Assembly: GCF_006345805.1 (NCBI RefSeq)
Contig: NW_021836520.1
Span: 1-23,844 of the forward strand
Source of the DNA: Octopus sinensis
Lineage: Eukaryota
Length of the DNA: 23,844 nucleotides
Direction of reading: 5' to 3'
How positions within the stretch are numbered: position 1 is the stretch's first letter; every line of letters starts with the position of its first letter. A program made the position numbers and the translations under genes. This document shows positions 1 to 12,528 of this stretch, piece after piece. The notes below the pieces were generated by a model, which was not told the DNA's origin, made no database searches, and was given only the letters and a program-made list of their open reading frames with translations.

Positions 1-85
1 CCAGTTGCGTACTGGGGTCGATCTAATTGACTAGCACCTCCCGAAAAATTTCCGGCCTTGTGGCCTAGAGTAGGAAAGAATATTT
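1..85 (+). mobile_element. SINE family B-related tail fragment (continues off window)
   Basis: ccagttgcgtactggggtcgatctaattgact matches the family B core end. Confidence 0.55.
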
Positions 86-89
86 GATT

Positions 90-455
90 ATTGAGATGAA
101 AAAACGTCTTTGCAACTGTTGTTTCGATTCAGTCTCACTGCGTGGTGCCTTGGGCAGGTATCTTCGTCTAAATACCTGGGCCGATTAATCTCTTGTGATA
201 GATGAAACTATGAGGAAAGCGCGTCGTATGTATATATGTGTGTTCGTGTGGGGGATATGTGTGCATGTGTATGTCTCTACGCCAGTGTATTTTTCAATCT
301 ACGTCTATCGTATCATCACACTGCTTAGCAACCGGTATGGTTTGTTTATCTCTGTAACATAACGGTTCGGCAAAAGAAACCGGTAGGCTTAACAGAAAAT
401 TAAGCATTGGATAGATTTGTTCCGCGAAAACCCTTCAAGGTGGTTCCCCAGATAA
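90..455 (+). mobile_element. SINE family A, highly diverged copy
   Basis: ttcagtctcactgcgtggtgccttgggcagg body, (TG)-rich centre, and ttagcaaccggt...aacggttcggcaaaaga 3' half; boundaries approximate. Confidence 0.55.
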
Positions 456-632
456 AGAACGTGTAACTTGTCCCCATAAATTGCATAACACCTCTTACGT
501 TTTCCCGCTTTTGTATAGACAACTTGTTTATTCCACCCACATGGTTTCGTCAGGTTCATTTTAAGTTACATGATATCTTTTTTAAGAAATGTATGTAATT
601 ACCCCCAGTACTAAAAAACAAAATAGAACGTT

Positions 633-685
633 TTATTATTATTGTGTTATGTTGTTGGTGATTATCATTATTATTATTATTATTA

Positions 686-730
<45 letters not shown>

Positions 731-745
731 CAATATTATTATCAA

Positions 746-790
<45 letters not shown>

Positions 791-1130
791 CATTATATTA
801 TTATATTATTATTATATTATCATTATTATTATCATTATCATTATCATTATCGCTATTATTATTATTATTATTATCATTATTCTTAGTATTATTATCATTA
901 TCATTATTATTATTATTAGTATTATTATCATTATTATTATTATCATTATCATTATCATAACATTATCATCATTATTATCATTATCATAATCATTATTATT
1001 ATTATTATTATTATTATTTTATCATTATTATTAGTATTATTATCATTATCATTATTATTATTAGTGTTATTATCATTATTATTATTATCATTATCATTAT
1101 CATAAACATTATCATCATTATTATCATTAG

Positions 1131-1165
<35 letters not shown>

Positions 1166-1183
1166 TATTATTATTATTATTAC
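633..1183. repeat. Compound (ATT)n/(ATC)n microsatellite, about 550 bp
   Basis: Direct inspection; source of the poly-I/poly-L ORFs. Confidence 0.97.
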
Positions 1184-1191
1184 TAACTTAC

Positions 1192-1297
1192 GTTACTTTG
1201 ATAGTGTATTCCTTTCTTTCTTCTTGTTGCTTTCTTTCCAGATTTTGTATGTCTTGTCTATAATTATAGATATAGCCATCCACAACATCTTCACACT
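1192..1297 (-). CDS. EVC2: Probable EVC2-like exon 12 ([34 protein letters not shown]), phase 1 to 2
   Basis: Acceptor ctttgatgtttag|AG, donor AC|gtaagt; coiled-coil-like frame open over 106 nt. The start phase does not match exon 11 (see findings). Confidence 0.65.
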
Positions 1298-1923
1298 CTA
1301 AACATCAAAGGATACATAATATAAATATGTGCATGTGTGTGTATGTATATATATATATATATATACATCTTTGTGTGTGTGCGTGTGTGTATGTATGTGT
1401 GTGTGTCAAACTAGTCCACTTGTTTATTGTTCCCTAAGCTGTCTCTGCCTTGTTTTTTTCTTTATTATACAATTTTCAGTCATATATATAAAATATATAT
1501 ATATATATATGTATGATATATACATATATTCTATATATATCCTTTAATATTGATCAAAATAAAAATTTGCATCCCCAGCCAAGAATTTCGGACTAAACAC
1601 ATGTCCTTGTGGAAGCTGTTGTGAGCGGCTGAAGAAGGCCACAGACATCATTATGATTTGTTATATGTATCTGTCTAATAAAGGCCCGAAACATATGTAC
1701 CGCTGAATCCTTCGCCTCATGTTTTTATTTTTATTTTTATTTTGATCAATTTATATCCTTATATGTATGCGTATATATACGTATATTTATATATATATAT
1801 ATATACAAAATATATAGATATATATATATAATATATCTATATAGCATGAATATATACATATTATCTATATATATCCTTATATGTATGTGTATATATACAT
1901 ATATATATATGTATATATATATG

Positions 1924-1961
<38 letters not shown>

Positions 1962-2240
1962 TATATATATGCGAGAGGTGTGCGTGGGGTGATGTTTGTG
2001 GGCGTCTGTGTTGTGTAGGTGTGTGATTGTACATGTCCATGTTGCTTGTATGTATCAGAGTGTATATATATATATATGACTCGGTGTAGATGTTTGATTG
2101 TGTGTTGTGTCCTTTTTGTGTATGCGTCGGTGTTTGTTATGAACCAGTTTCTGAAATTATGTATTTTATGTTATCTATGTATGTACTTGCGTACGTACGA
2201 ATGTTTATATATAAGTGTGTGACTGTGTCTCTGTTTTTTT

Positions 2241-2277
<37 letters not shown>

Positions 2278-2583
2278 TTGTATCTAGGTGTATATATCTG
2301 TCTCGGTGTATAGGTCTGATTGTGTATTCATATCTCGGTGTGTATATCTCCCAGTTTTTTTGTTGTTGTTTTTTTTTTATATATTTGTGTAGTAGTGTCT
2401 TTAATTTTATCACTTTACAACGAATAGTTTAATAGATGTCAATGTAAGAGAAATGCTTCAGAAATAATTAAGAAATTCAATGAAAGATAATTAAGATGAA
2501 GATAAAAAGAGACAAAACAAGGAGAGAAGAAATGATAGAAGATGGGAAAATATAAACAAAAATATAGAATTAAAGACGACGAA

Positions 2584-2650
<67 letters not shown>

Positions 2651-3764
2651 TACATACATTCATATATACATATATGCATACATATATACATATATACATA
2701 TATATGCATAGATAATATAATGGAAGACTGTCGGGGTTCGATAATGATGTTAGTAACGCCGGAGGTGGGACGGGACCCCAAAGGCGGATGCGCAGACGCG
2801 GCCACTATTGGGCACGCAACAGCAGATGTAGGGTTGGGGATCCTCTCTCTTCGGGCTTGTCGCTTCTGGTCCAGGCTCTTGAGGCGCTTTTCCTCGAACA
2901 GCCTAACAACCTTTTGGACAGCTGGACGCCAGGCGCCGCGGTCAGAAGTAATTGATTCCCAGGCACGGGCTGAAATGTCGCAGGCCTCAGATTAAGTTTT
3001 CAGGCTGTCCTTCTATCGCCTCAGTGACCTTCCAGGGTTTCTTGCTCCAGAAGCCAGCTCAGAGAAGAAGATCATCTTTGGTAGACGCGCGTCGTCTACC
3101 AAAGATGACCCACCTGACATGTAGTCGGACAACATGTCCGACTACCAATTTCATGAGAAGTCTCAACTGGTTATTTTTGAAGGCCTCTTTGAACAGGCAG
3201 GTGTCTGTTTACATCGACTGAAACAATGCAATCATTAATCAGACATATAATTAATGCATGTAAAATTTCACACCTTAAGCATCACTCCTTCATAGTCAGC
3301 CTATGAACTTTTCAGCCGATCCTCGTATTTCAAGTCAATGATGGAATCTTTATGTGGTTCCCCACAATGCTAGAAAGAACAGCGAATTATCTCTCAAGTC
3401 ATATCCTATTTTGGGTAAGGGATAAATAACTTAGATAATATCTTCACACAAGCCTGGGTGGCTAAAGCAGGAATACCATCGACTATAGTTCTGTCAGCTT
3501 CAGGTTTATATATTCAGTGACAGAATATCAACAACACTAAACAAACAAACGGATAATTTACCTGGCTTTTCATTGACCTGATCATATTTTCTAAGGCTTT
3601 CTCGAACTCTGCTATGCTTTCCTGTGATGTTTTCTCACGTAACTCATTCAATGCTTGAACGTGTTTCTCATCCAACGATATTTCTGTTTTCATCAGTTCA
3701 ATTCTCTGGTTGGATTTTGTCCTTTTCAGTTCGATCATTCTGGACAGTTCATCTGGACAGGAGT

Positions 3765-3801
<37 letters not shown>

Positions 3802-4054
3802 TAGAAAGAGAGAAAAAGAGAGATAGAGAAGAAATGGTCAAGACAGGCAGGCAGGAGTGAATGCCGCTGAATCGTTAACACGGCCAACAAAATACTTTGA
3901 AACATTTCGTCCGTCTTTAGTTTCTGAGTTCAAATGGTGCCGAGGATAACATTGCATTTCAACTTTTCGAGGTCCATAAAATAAAGTACCGTTTCAACAC
4001 TAGAACTTATGTAATTGACTTATACGTTCCCCCGAAACTGCTGGCCTGATATAT

Positions 4055-4130
<76 letters not shown>

Positions 4131-7100
4131 GTATGTATATGATTGCATGTGTGTGGGTCCTTGTGATTGTGTTTGTCTACCCACCATCGCTTGGCGAACG
4201 GTGTTGATGTGTTTACGTCCCTGTAAATTAGCAGTTCGACAAAAGATACTGATATAATAAGTACCAAACTTTAAGAGGAAAATAAGTACTAGCGTCGATT
4301 CATTCGCCTATAAAAATGCTCCAGCGCAGTGCCCCAGCTTAGCCGCAGTCTGATGACAGAAACAAGCAAAAAATAAAAGATATACATACATTCACACACA
4401 ACACACCACACATCTGCATGTAGTTGAAGCAACATAGAATTAAGATAGTCATCTGTGTCTCTTAATTAAATTATTGGTTTTACATTTTGATAACACCCAC
4501 GCCAGCACTCAACTAGAACTAATTTTATCAACTCCGAAAGGATGAAGGGCAAAGTCGACCTCGGCGGCATTCGAATTTCAAACGTAAACAAGGACGAAAT
4601 GCTGCTAAGCATTTTTCCCGGTGCGCTAACGGTTCTTATTTCTTTATTGGCCATAAGGGGTTAAACATAGAGGGGACAAGCAGGAACAGATAAAGGGATT
4701 AATTCGATTACATCAACCCCAGTGTGTAACTGGTACTTAGTTTATCGACCCCGAAAGGATGAAAGGCAAAGTCGACCTCGGCGGAATTTGAACTCAGAAC
4801 GTAAAGACAGACGAAATACCTATTTCTTTACTACCCACTAGGGGCTAAACACAGAGAGGACAAACAAGGACAGACAAACGGCTTAAGTCGATTACATTGA
4901 CCCCAGTGTGTAACTGGTACTTAATTTATCGACCCCGAAACGATGAAAGGTAAAGTCGACCTCAGCGGAATTTGAACTCAGAACGTAACGACAGACGAAA
5001 TACCTATTTCTTTACTACCCACAAGGGGCTAAACACAGAGAGGACAAACAAAGACAGACAAACAGATTAAGTGGATTATATCGACCCCAGTGCGTAACTG
5101 GTACTTATTTAATCGACCCCGAAAGGATGAAAGGCAAAGTCAACTTCGGCGGAATTTGAACTCTGAACGTAACGGCAGACGAAATACCGCCCAGCGTGCT
5201 AACGTTTCTGCCAGCTCGCCGCCCTAGTCATTATTAAATAATTGAATGGCAATAACGTACAGAGGTTTTCGTCCAAAATAAAATCTTTTATAGATATGCT
5301 GTGTTATTATTCAATTGCCTTCAATACGACAGCGACATAGCAAGTAATAAATTCAACATTAACCCATTAGCGCCTATGGCCCTTTTTTAGGACCAGAACA
5401 ATAATCCATCATATTTATGCAAGACCCGTATTTTTTCTGAGATATCTTTAGTTAGTCATCAAGACTGGAGTGTCTTTCAAATATTGTAATAAATTTTTTT
5501 ATATATTTAGTATCAGATAAAGTTGTATAAAAATAGATTTTTGTTAATAAATTAAGTAAAACAATTTGGGCACTAATGGGTTTTAAAAGAACAGACTAAA
5601 AAAAGAGTAGACGGGAAATCGTTCTGAAACCTCAACTCACCTAGGTCATTCTGTTGTTTAAACTTCGCCTCCAGATCAGCAATTTCTCTGTTATGTTTAT
5701 TCTCCTGTAAATGGGTAAGAAAATATTATTGGGTAATGAAAATAAGAGATTTTACCAAAGTAGTCAATAATATCACCAGGAATTCTTTAGAGTGTGGATC
5801 AAGCTTGGGTGTGTAGTTAAGAAACTGAACTTGCAGCCACGTGGTTCTGGGTTCATTTCTCCCGGCGTGGTAAAGTTTCTGCCAGCTCGCCGCCTTGCGA
5901 TGTATATATATAGACATATATGTGTATGTATATTATTGTTGTTATCGTTACCTACTCCTTAGCTTATTGTTTTCAGTCGTGTTTGTTTGTTTGTTTGTTT
6001 GTTTGTGTTTGTTTGTCTGTGGACAAGATATCTCAAGAACCGCTGGATGGATGGATTCGGATGAAACTTTCAGGGATGTTTGGTCTCCTGACTGGCACAA
6101 ACTGATTAGATGTTGGAACCGATCCGGTACAGGACAAGGATTCTCGATTATTTTTCCGTTTTTTTTTTCTTTTCTTCAATCCTGAGTCTCTTGTGATGGT
6201 TATCTGGTTTTCACGGTGTATAACTAAGTGAGATCACATTCTTCTGAATGGAACGCCGGTCCGATGCAGGGCTCAAAGGCAATGATTTTGAGGGAAGAGG
6301 GTAAGTCGATTACATCTAAACCATTACTCGACTGGCACTTCACTTTATAAACTCCGAAAGGATGAAATGTAAAGGTGGTATTTTGATGGGATTTGAACTC
6401 AGAACAAAGAATCATGGGAAATACAGCTAAACATTTTGTCCGCTGCGTTCCCGATTCTGCTAGCTCGACTCCCTGTATCCAGTATTTTACTGGTGTACTT
6501 TATTTTATCGAACCTTATCACCTTTACTGTTCTTACTTAATTGCACCCTGTCACTCGATCTTTGTCCTTAGGTAATTTTCCATTTGTTTGCCCTTAGAAA
6601 GTATGAAGAATGACTTATATTTCCTTTAAATTTGCTTTTGTTACAATTATTCAAACCCCAAAGAATCCCTTTCAACACATGACTATGATGTTTCCCACTA
6701 CTCCTGCTCATGGTCAGAGATACACACACATATCGACAGCCAATAATGGACATGCTCAAGTGCTTAAGGTCAAGCAAATCTGTGGTATTGAGCAGCATAT
6801 TTGCTATAACGATATATCTGCTTCAGCAACTCAGTGGTGTCCAGGTAACAACTGCAAAGTGTGAAGGGAATAGCAGTCATTTCCTTTGATTTCTAAATAG
6901 AGGCAAATAGGAAATTAAAATTACTGACCAAAGACAAAAAATACTAAAATTTAGTTATACAGTGTTATTGTACATAACATCTGGATATATAATTACATGG
7001 TATTATCAAGATTTTCGTATATATTTTTTATCAAATAGAAAAGAAAACAACGAATATTACCAAATCTTCCAGAATGCGTTTCTTCTCGAGTGACAGCTCC

Positions 7101-7715
7101 GCGTGTAATTCTTTCTCTTTTGCAAATCTCTTCTCCGAGAATTCGTCTTTAATTCTTCGTAATTCCTGATGCAACTCCGTACAAAATTGGTCGCTTTCGT
7201 CATCAGTAATTATCTTGTCTCTGCAAGATATGACACGATAATGTCGATAAAAATGATGATGACGATGATGACGATAATGATGATAATGGTGATGATGATG
7301 ATGATGATATAAAAAAAAGAAGAAGAAAAAGAAGATAGAAGAGGAGGGAGAAGGAAAAATCTATATGCACGTATATATATATATATATAATATATATTAT
7401 ATTATATATATATTATATATAAATATAATATATAACATATTAGAAAAAAACCACCTTTTATCAATTCAAAATGAATAATTAAATTACACCATCTAAAAAT
7501 TACATATAACAGAAAATGTATATAATAGGTAGAAAAACAAAAATAATATAATGTAATTTAATGGTGTAATTTAATTATTCATTTTGAATTGATAAAAGTG
7601 TTTTTTTTTCTAATATTTTATATATCTATATGTTGTGTGGAATTTGATTTAGTATTTCTAAATTGAATTCATTTTCCTTGTAAGTTTGGATTTTATTCCG
7701 TCAAATAATAATTAT

Positions 7716-7811
<96 letters not shown>

Positions 7812-9491
7812 CAAGCATACATGTTTATATGTACATATACATTCTCAGCTATACACAGGAAACCATGCACGCTCATACACATATGCATACACACACACTA
7901 ACACACACGCACACAGACGCATACACAGAACGCAAAGATATAGTGGGTCATCTCACAAATGTAGTTTCTTCAGCTGCATTAACTAAATGTCGGAGGGTAC
8001 GGGATAAACTACCTGCATCAACTTGCTATAAAAGCAGGTAGTAATTTTGCCGTGTTCTTATTCTTAGTGCAAGTTTTAAAGAGTGCAATTCGATTTTAAC
8101 AGTTAGGTTTTCAAAGCTATAATAGAAGTGACAAAGGAGCATAGTCGGCATATTTTGCTTGATGAATTCAGGAAAGGCAACAATGCTACGGAAAATGCGA
8201 GAAATATTAGTGCAGTACATGGGGATCGGACAATAAGCGTAAGCCAGTGTCAACAGTGGTTCCAGAAATTCCGAGCAGGAAACTACACCGTAGAAGACGA
8301 GCCTTTTCGACCAGGACGTCCTGTAAACCCTGATGGAAAAAATTCCCATCGTAACTGTTGAAGAACTAGCAGAGTAGCTTGGATTTAGTCGTTTAACCAT
8401 TCATCGACACCTGAGTGCCATCGGAAATGACAGCAAATTGGATCAGTGGGTTCCTCACAAACTTTCCTAGTCTAAGCGCACGCAGAAAGTGATCTCCTTT
8501 GCTGTCGATTCTCACGAATGAACCTTTTTTGGACCGAATTGTGAAAGGTGACGAAAATGAGTTCTCTAAAAAAATGTCAAGCGCCGAAGACAGTGTGTAG
8601 GGAAAGGAGAAACACCAGCACCCCGGGCTAAAGAAGATCTTCAACCACGAAAGGAATTGTTATCTGTTTCATGGGATATGAAAGGTTTAGTCCACTTTGA
8701 ATTTTTAAACCCAAACCAAACGATAACAAAGGAAATCTACTGCGAGCAGCTTGAGCGGCTAAAGTCAGTATCCTTCCATCAGGATAATGCTCGGCCACAT
8801 ACTTTTGGAATATGACATTACAAAAAGGCTGGAGCAGTTTGAATGGGAAACGATGCTCCACCCACAATATTCGCCGATCATTGCTCCATCTCATTATCAT
8901 TATTCCGTAGTCTTCAAAATCATTTGTATGGAAAAATATGAATTCTGTTGATGAAGTCAGAACAGTACTGGACAAATGAATTTTGGAAGATGGGCCCGAC
9001 AACTCTACCAGATCGATGGAAGAGCACTGGAGAAAATGAAGGAGGGTATATTTTCAATTAAAAAACACAATTTGTTTATCTTAATTTTGAAAAATTAAAG
9101 AACCGAAAAATTAAAAGAACGCATTATTTATGGGATAACCCAATACACACATACGTAGATACATATACACAAATTCTTATGACACACACACACAAACAGA
9201 CACACACACACACACACACATACACACACACATACATATATATGTGGAGGCACGAGGCTTAGTGGTTAGAGTGTCAGCATCATGATCGTAAGATTGTGGA
9301 TTCGATTCCTGGACCGGGCAACGAGTTGTGTTCGTGAGCAAAACACTTCATTTAACATTGCTCCAGTCCCCTCAGCTTGCAAAAATGAGTAACGCTGCGA
9401 TGGACTGGCGTCCCATCCAGCTTGGGAACACATACGCCATGGAAACCGGGAAAACGGGCCTATGACCCTGGCTAGGCTTTAAAAGGGCGCA

Positions 9492-9548
<57 letters not shown>

Positions 9549-9783
9549 TATATACTATTATATATATATATATATAGATTAGTGCATGCATGTGTAAGTC
9601 AATCTGTGTCCATATATATGCGCAGGAGTGGCTGTGTGGTAAGTAGCTTGCTAACCAACCACATGGTTCCGGGTTCAGTCCCACTGCGTGACACCTTGGG
9701 CAAGTGTCTTCTGCAATAGCCCCGGGCCGACCAATGCCTTGTGAGTGGATTTGGTAGACGGAAACTGAAAGAAGCCTGTCGTA

Positions 9784-9825
<42 letters not shown>

Positions 9826-10772
9826 CGTGTGTGTGTTTGTCCCCCTAGCATTGCTTGACAACCGATGCTGGTGTGTTTACGTCCCCGTCACTTAGCGGTT
9901 CGGCAAAAGAGACCGATAGAATAAGTACTGGGCTTCCAAAGAATAAGTCCCGGGGTTGATTTGCTCGACTAAAGGCGGTGCTCCAGCATGGCCGCAGTCA
10001 AATGACTGAAACAAGTAAAAGAGTAAAGAGTAAAGAGTATGTATGTATATATGTGTGTTTGTCCCCGGGTGCATGTATTTTTTACGCATGTGCGTATGCG
10101 CACGTACGCAATCGTCTACCAATATGTGCACCTGCGGATGCACGTACGTGTATATGTGAAGTTTCAGAAAATTTCAACCATATATTAAGGAACAAAAAAA
10201 GTAAAAGAACGAAGATCACAATCGAAGAATATAGTATTTTGGAAAAAAGTTCGTACTGTTTCAGTTTTTGAAGTATTCCCTTTTGGTTGGCGACGGCTTT
10301 ATTGAGTAAATATCTGTAATCAACTTCCTGGTTATTCTGCAGAGAAATGAAAGATTTTGAAGAATTATCAACGGATGAAGTTTTATCGAATTTAATAATT
10401 TTCTGAAAGTTTTCTAGAATACCCAGCGAGGGAAACTGGGAAAGACCAAAAGAGTATAAATAAAAACTGAAGAAAAAGTATCCAAATTGTACATACGCTC
10501 GTCCACTTGTATTAACGCAACAGTCACATATTTATTCTGTTAAGAGATCCTGTATTATCTATCTATCAATCTATCTAGCTAGCTAACTCTATCCACCTAC
10601 ATGCGGTATATATATATATATGGTATATATATATATATACATATGCCACATATATATGCGTGTATACATATATATATATATATATATGTGAGTGTGTTTC
10701 TGTGTTGTACATACGTGTGGGGGTAATTAGGAAAAATACTGAGAAAAGTTTGAAAAGGCGAGAAAATTTATT

Positions 10773-10813
<41 letters not shown>

Positions 10814-11212
10814 TTTACTTTTACTAGTTTCAGTCATTTGACTGCGGCCATGCTGGAACACCGTCTTTAGTCGAGAAAATCGACCCCGGGACTCTTTGGA
10901 AGCCCAGTACTTATTCTATCGGTCTCTTTTGCCGAACCACTAAGTGACGGGGACCTAAACACACCAGCATCGGTTGTCAAGCAATGCTAGGGGGACAAAC
11001 ACAGACACACAAACATATACACACACACACATATATATATACATATATACGACAGGCTTCTTTCAGTTTCCGTCTACCAAATCCATTCACAAGGCATTGG
11101 TCGGCCCAAGGCTATAGCAGAAGACAGTTGCCCAAGATGCCACGCAGTGGGACTGAACCCGGAACCATGTGGTTGGTAAGCAAGCTACTTACTACACAGC
11201 CACTCCTGCGCC

Positions 11213-11250
<38 letters not shown>

Positions 11251-12446
11251 TATATATATTATATATATATATATAATATATTATATATATATATATATAA
11301 GGGAGAGAGAGAGAGAGATCGCTAGCCACTACACATTCTTTATTTTCTTTCCTTGTTTCTTTCTGTGTTCCTTCAAAGATTGTCCCTTTAAAGACTTTTT
11401 CTCTTCCCGAGCGTTAAACTAATACATATGTTTGCTGGTATGGACACTGTATTTCGTTGGGCAACTATAATATACTAACAAATATATGTCAGTATTGTAC
11501 TTCACCTGTATTAACAGTGCTATAATTCGCTGCTTATATTGGGTTGTCCGGAAAGTTCGTGCCGATTTATACTAGCTTACCCTTCGACTTATTTTACAAC
11601 ATGGTTGAATCCATAAAATAGTTTAAGCTATCTTTTCGTGGAAGAAGGTTTATGTTCCTATAACCTGTGTTAATTTTGTAACCCTTTAAAATGAAAGATA
11701 AGAAAGTTCATTTTCGGCACTTGATGCTTTGGGAACCAGACAAAAATTGCTGCAGCTCGGCTGGGATGTGTTACCCCACCCTCCACATTCACCAGATATT
11801 GCTCCTTCGGATTTCCACTTACTCAGCTCTCTGCAGAATAGTCGTAATGGTAAAAATTTCAATTCCTTGGATGACGTAAAAAGATACCTTGATGAATTCG
11901 TTGCCATGAAACCACCTCAGTTCTGGGAAGAGGGTATTTTCAAGTTGAAGGAAAGATGGAGACGCATTGTGCAACAAAATGGTTCATATTTGGTTGATTA
12001 AAAATGTAATAGCAAGTATTTATCGACCTTTTTCTTTCCTTTAAAAATCGGCACAAACTTTCCGGACAACCCAATAGTAATCTCCAGAGATTTTCTATAG
12101 AAATTAGAGTTAGCACGGATTTCTTACAATGTCTTGTATACGAATCCGTATGTGTAAACAATGTGATCGACGATAGAGAAATAGGTAATGGGTATATATG
12201 CATGTTCCAGAAGACCTTGCTCCTTCTTTAGCACCACATCCAGCCCATTAACCATCGCTTGACAACCGATGTAGGTGGGTTTACGTCCCCGTAACTTAGC
12301 GGTTCGTCAAAAGAGAAAAAATAAAATAAGTACTAGGAAGTGCTAGGATTACAAAGAATAAGTCGTGGGGTCGATTCGTTCGACCAAAAGTGGTGCTCCC
12401 GCATGGCCGCAGTCAAATGCCTGAAACAAAAAAAAAGAATAAAAGA

Positions 12447-12478
<32 letters not shown>

Positions 12479-12490
12479 ACACACACACAC

Positions 12491-12528
<38 letters not shown>

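Noticed and set aside
515-556. CUGACGA on the minus strand followed by a short hairpin
   Set aside because: No GAAA core in register and no stem I partner.
603-610. AG/GT-bounded 8-nt micro-exon candidate after exon 12
   Set aside because: Too short to distinguish from chance, and there is no downstream exon in the window to test phase.
589-989. Poly-I/poly-L ORFs of 115-123 aa
   Set aside because: Translations of the (ATT)n microsatellite.
2430-2585. Purine-rich + strand stretch resembling coiled-coil coding, and a long pyrimidine tract on the minus strand
   Set aside because: Stops interrupt the + frames I read; the AG/GT-bounded candidates downstream on the minus strand contain an in-frame TAA.
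3146-3175. Apparent scrambled RTE motifs (QLR, LLMKL) upstream of the hairpins
   Set aside because: Better explained as the 5' UTR of the adjacent mariner-like end; the peptide resemblance is probably coincidental.
2720-3221. GC-rich + strand ORFs 2720..2995 and 2952..3221
   Set aside because: Antisense shadows of the minus-strand RTE fragment.
4497-5223. Regularly spaced repeats suggesting a CRISPR array
   Set aside because: Whole 184-bp units repeat with no unique spacers, and the context is a eukaryotic SINE.
7195-7206. CUGAUGA-C-GAAA on the minus strand
   Set aside because: No stem II, and it lies inside coding exon 9; chance match.
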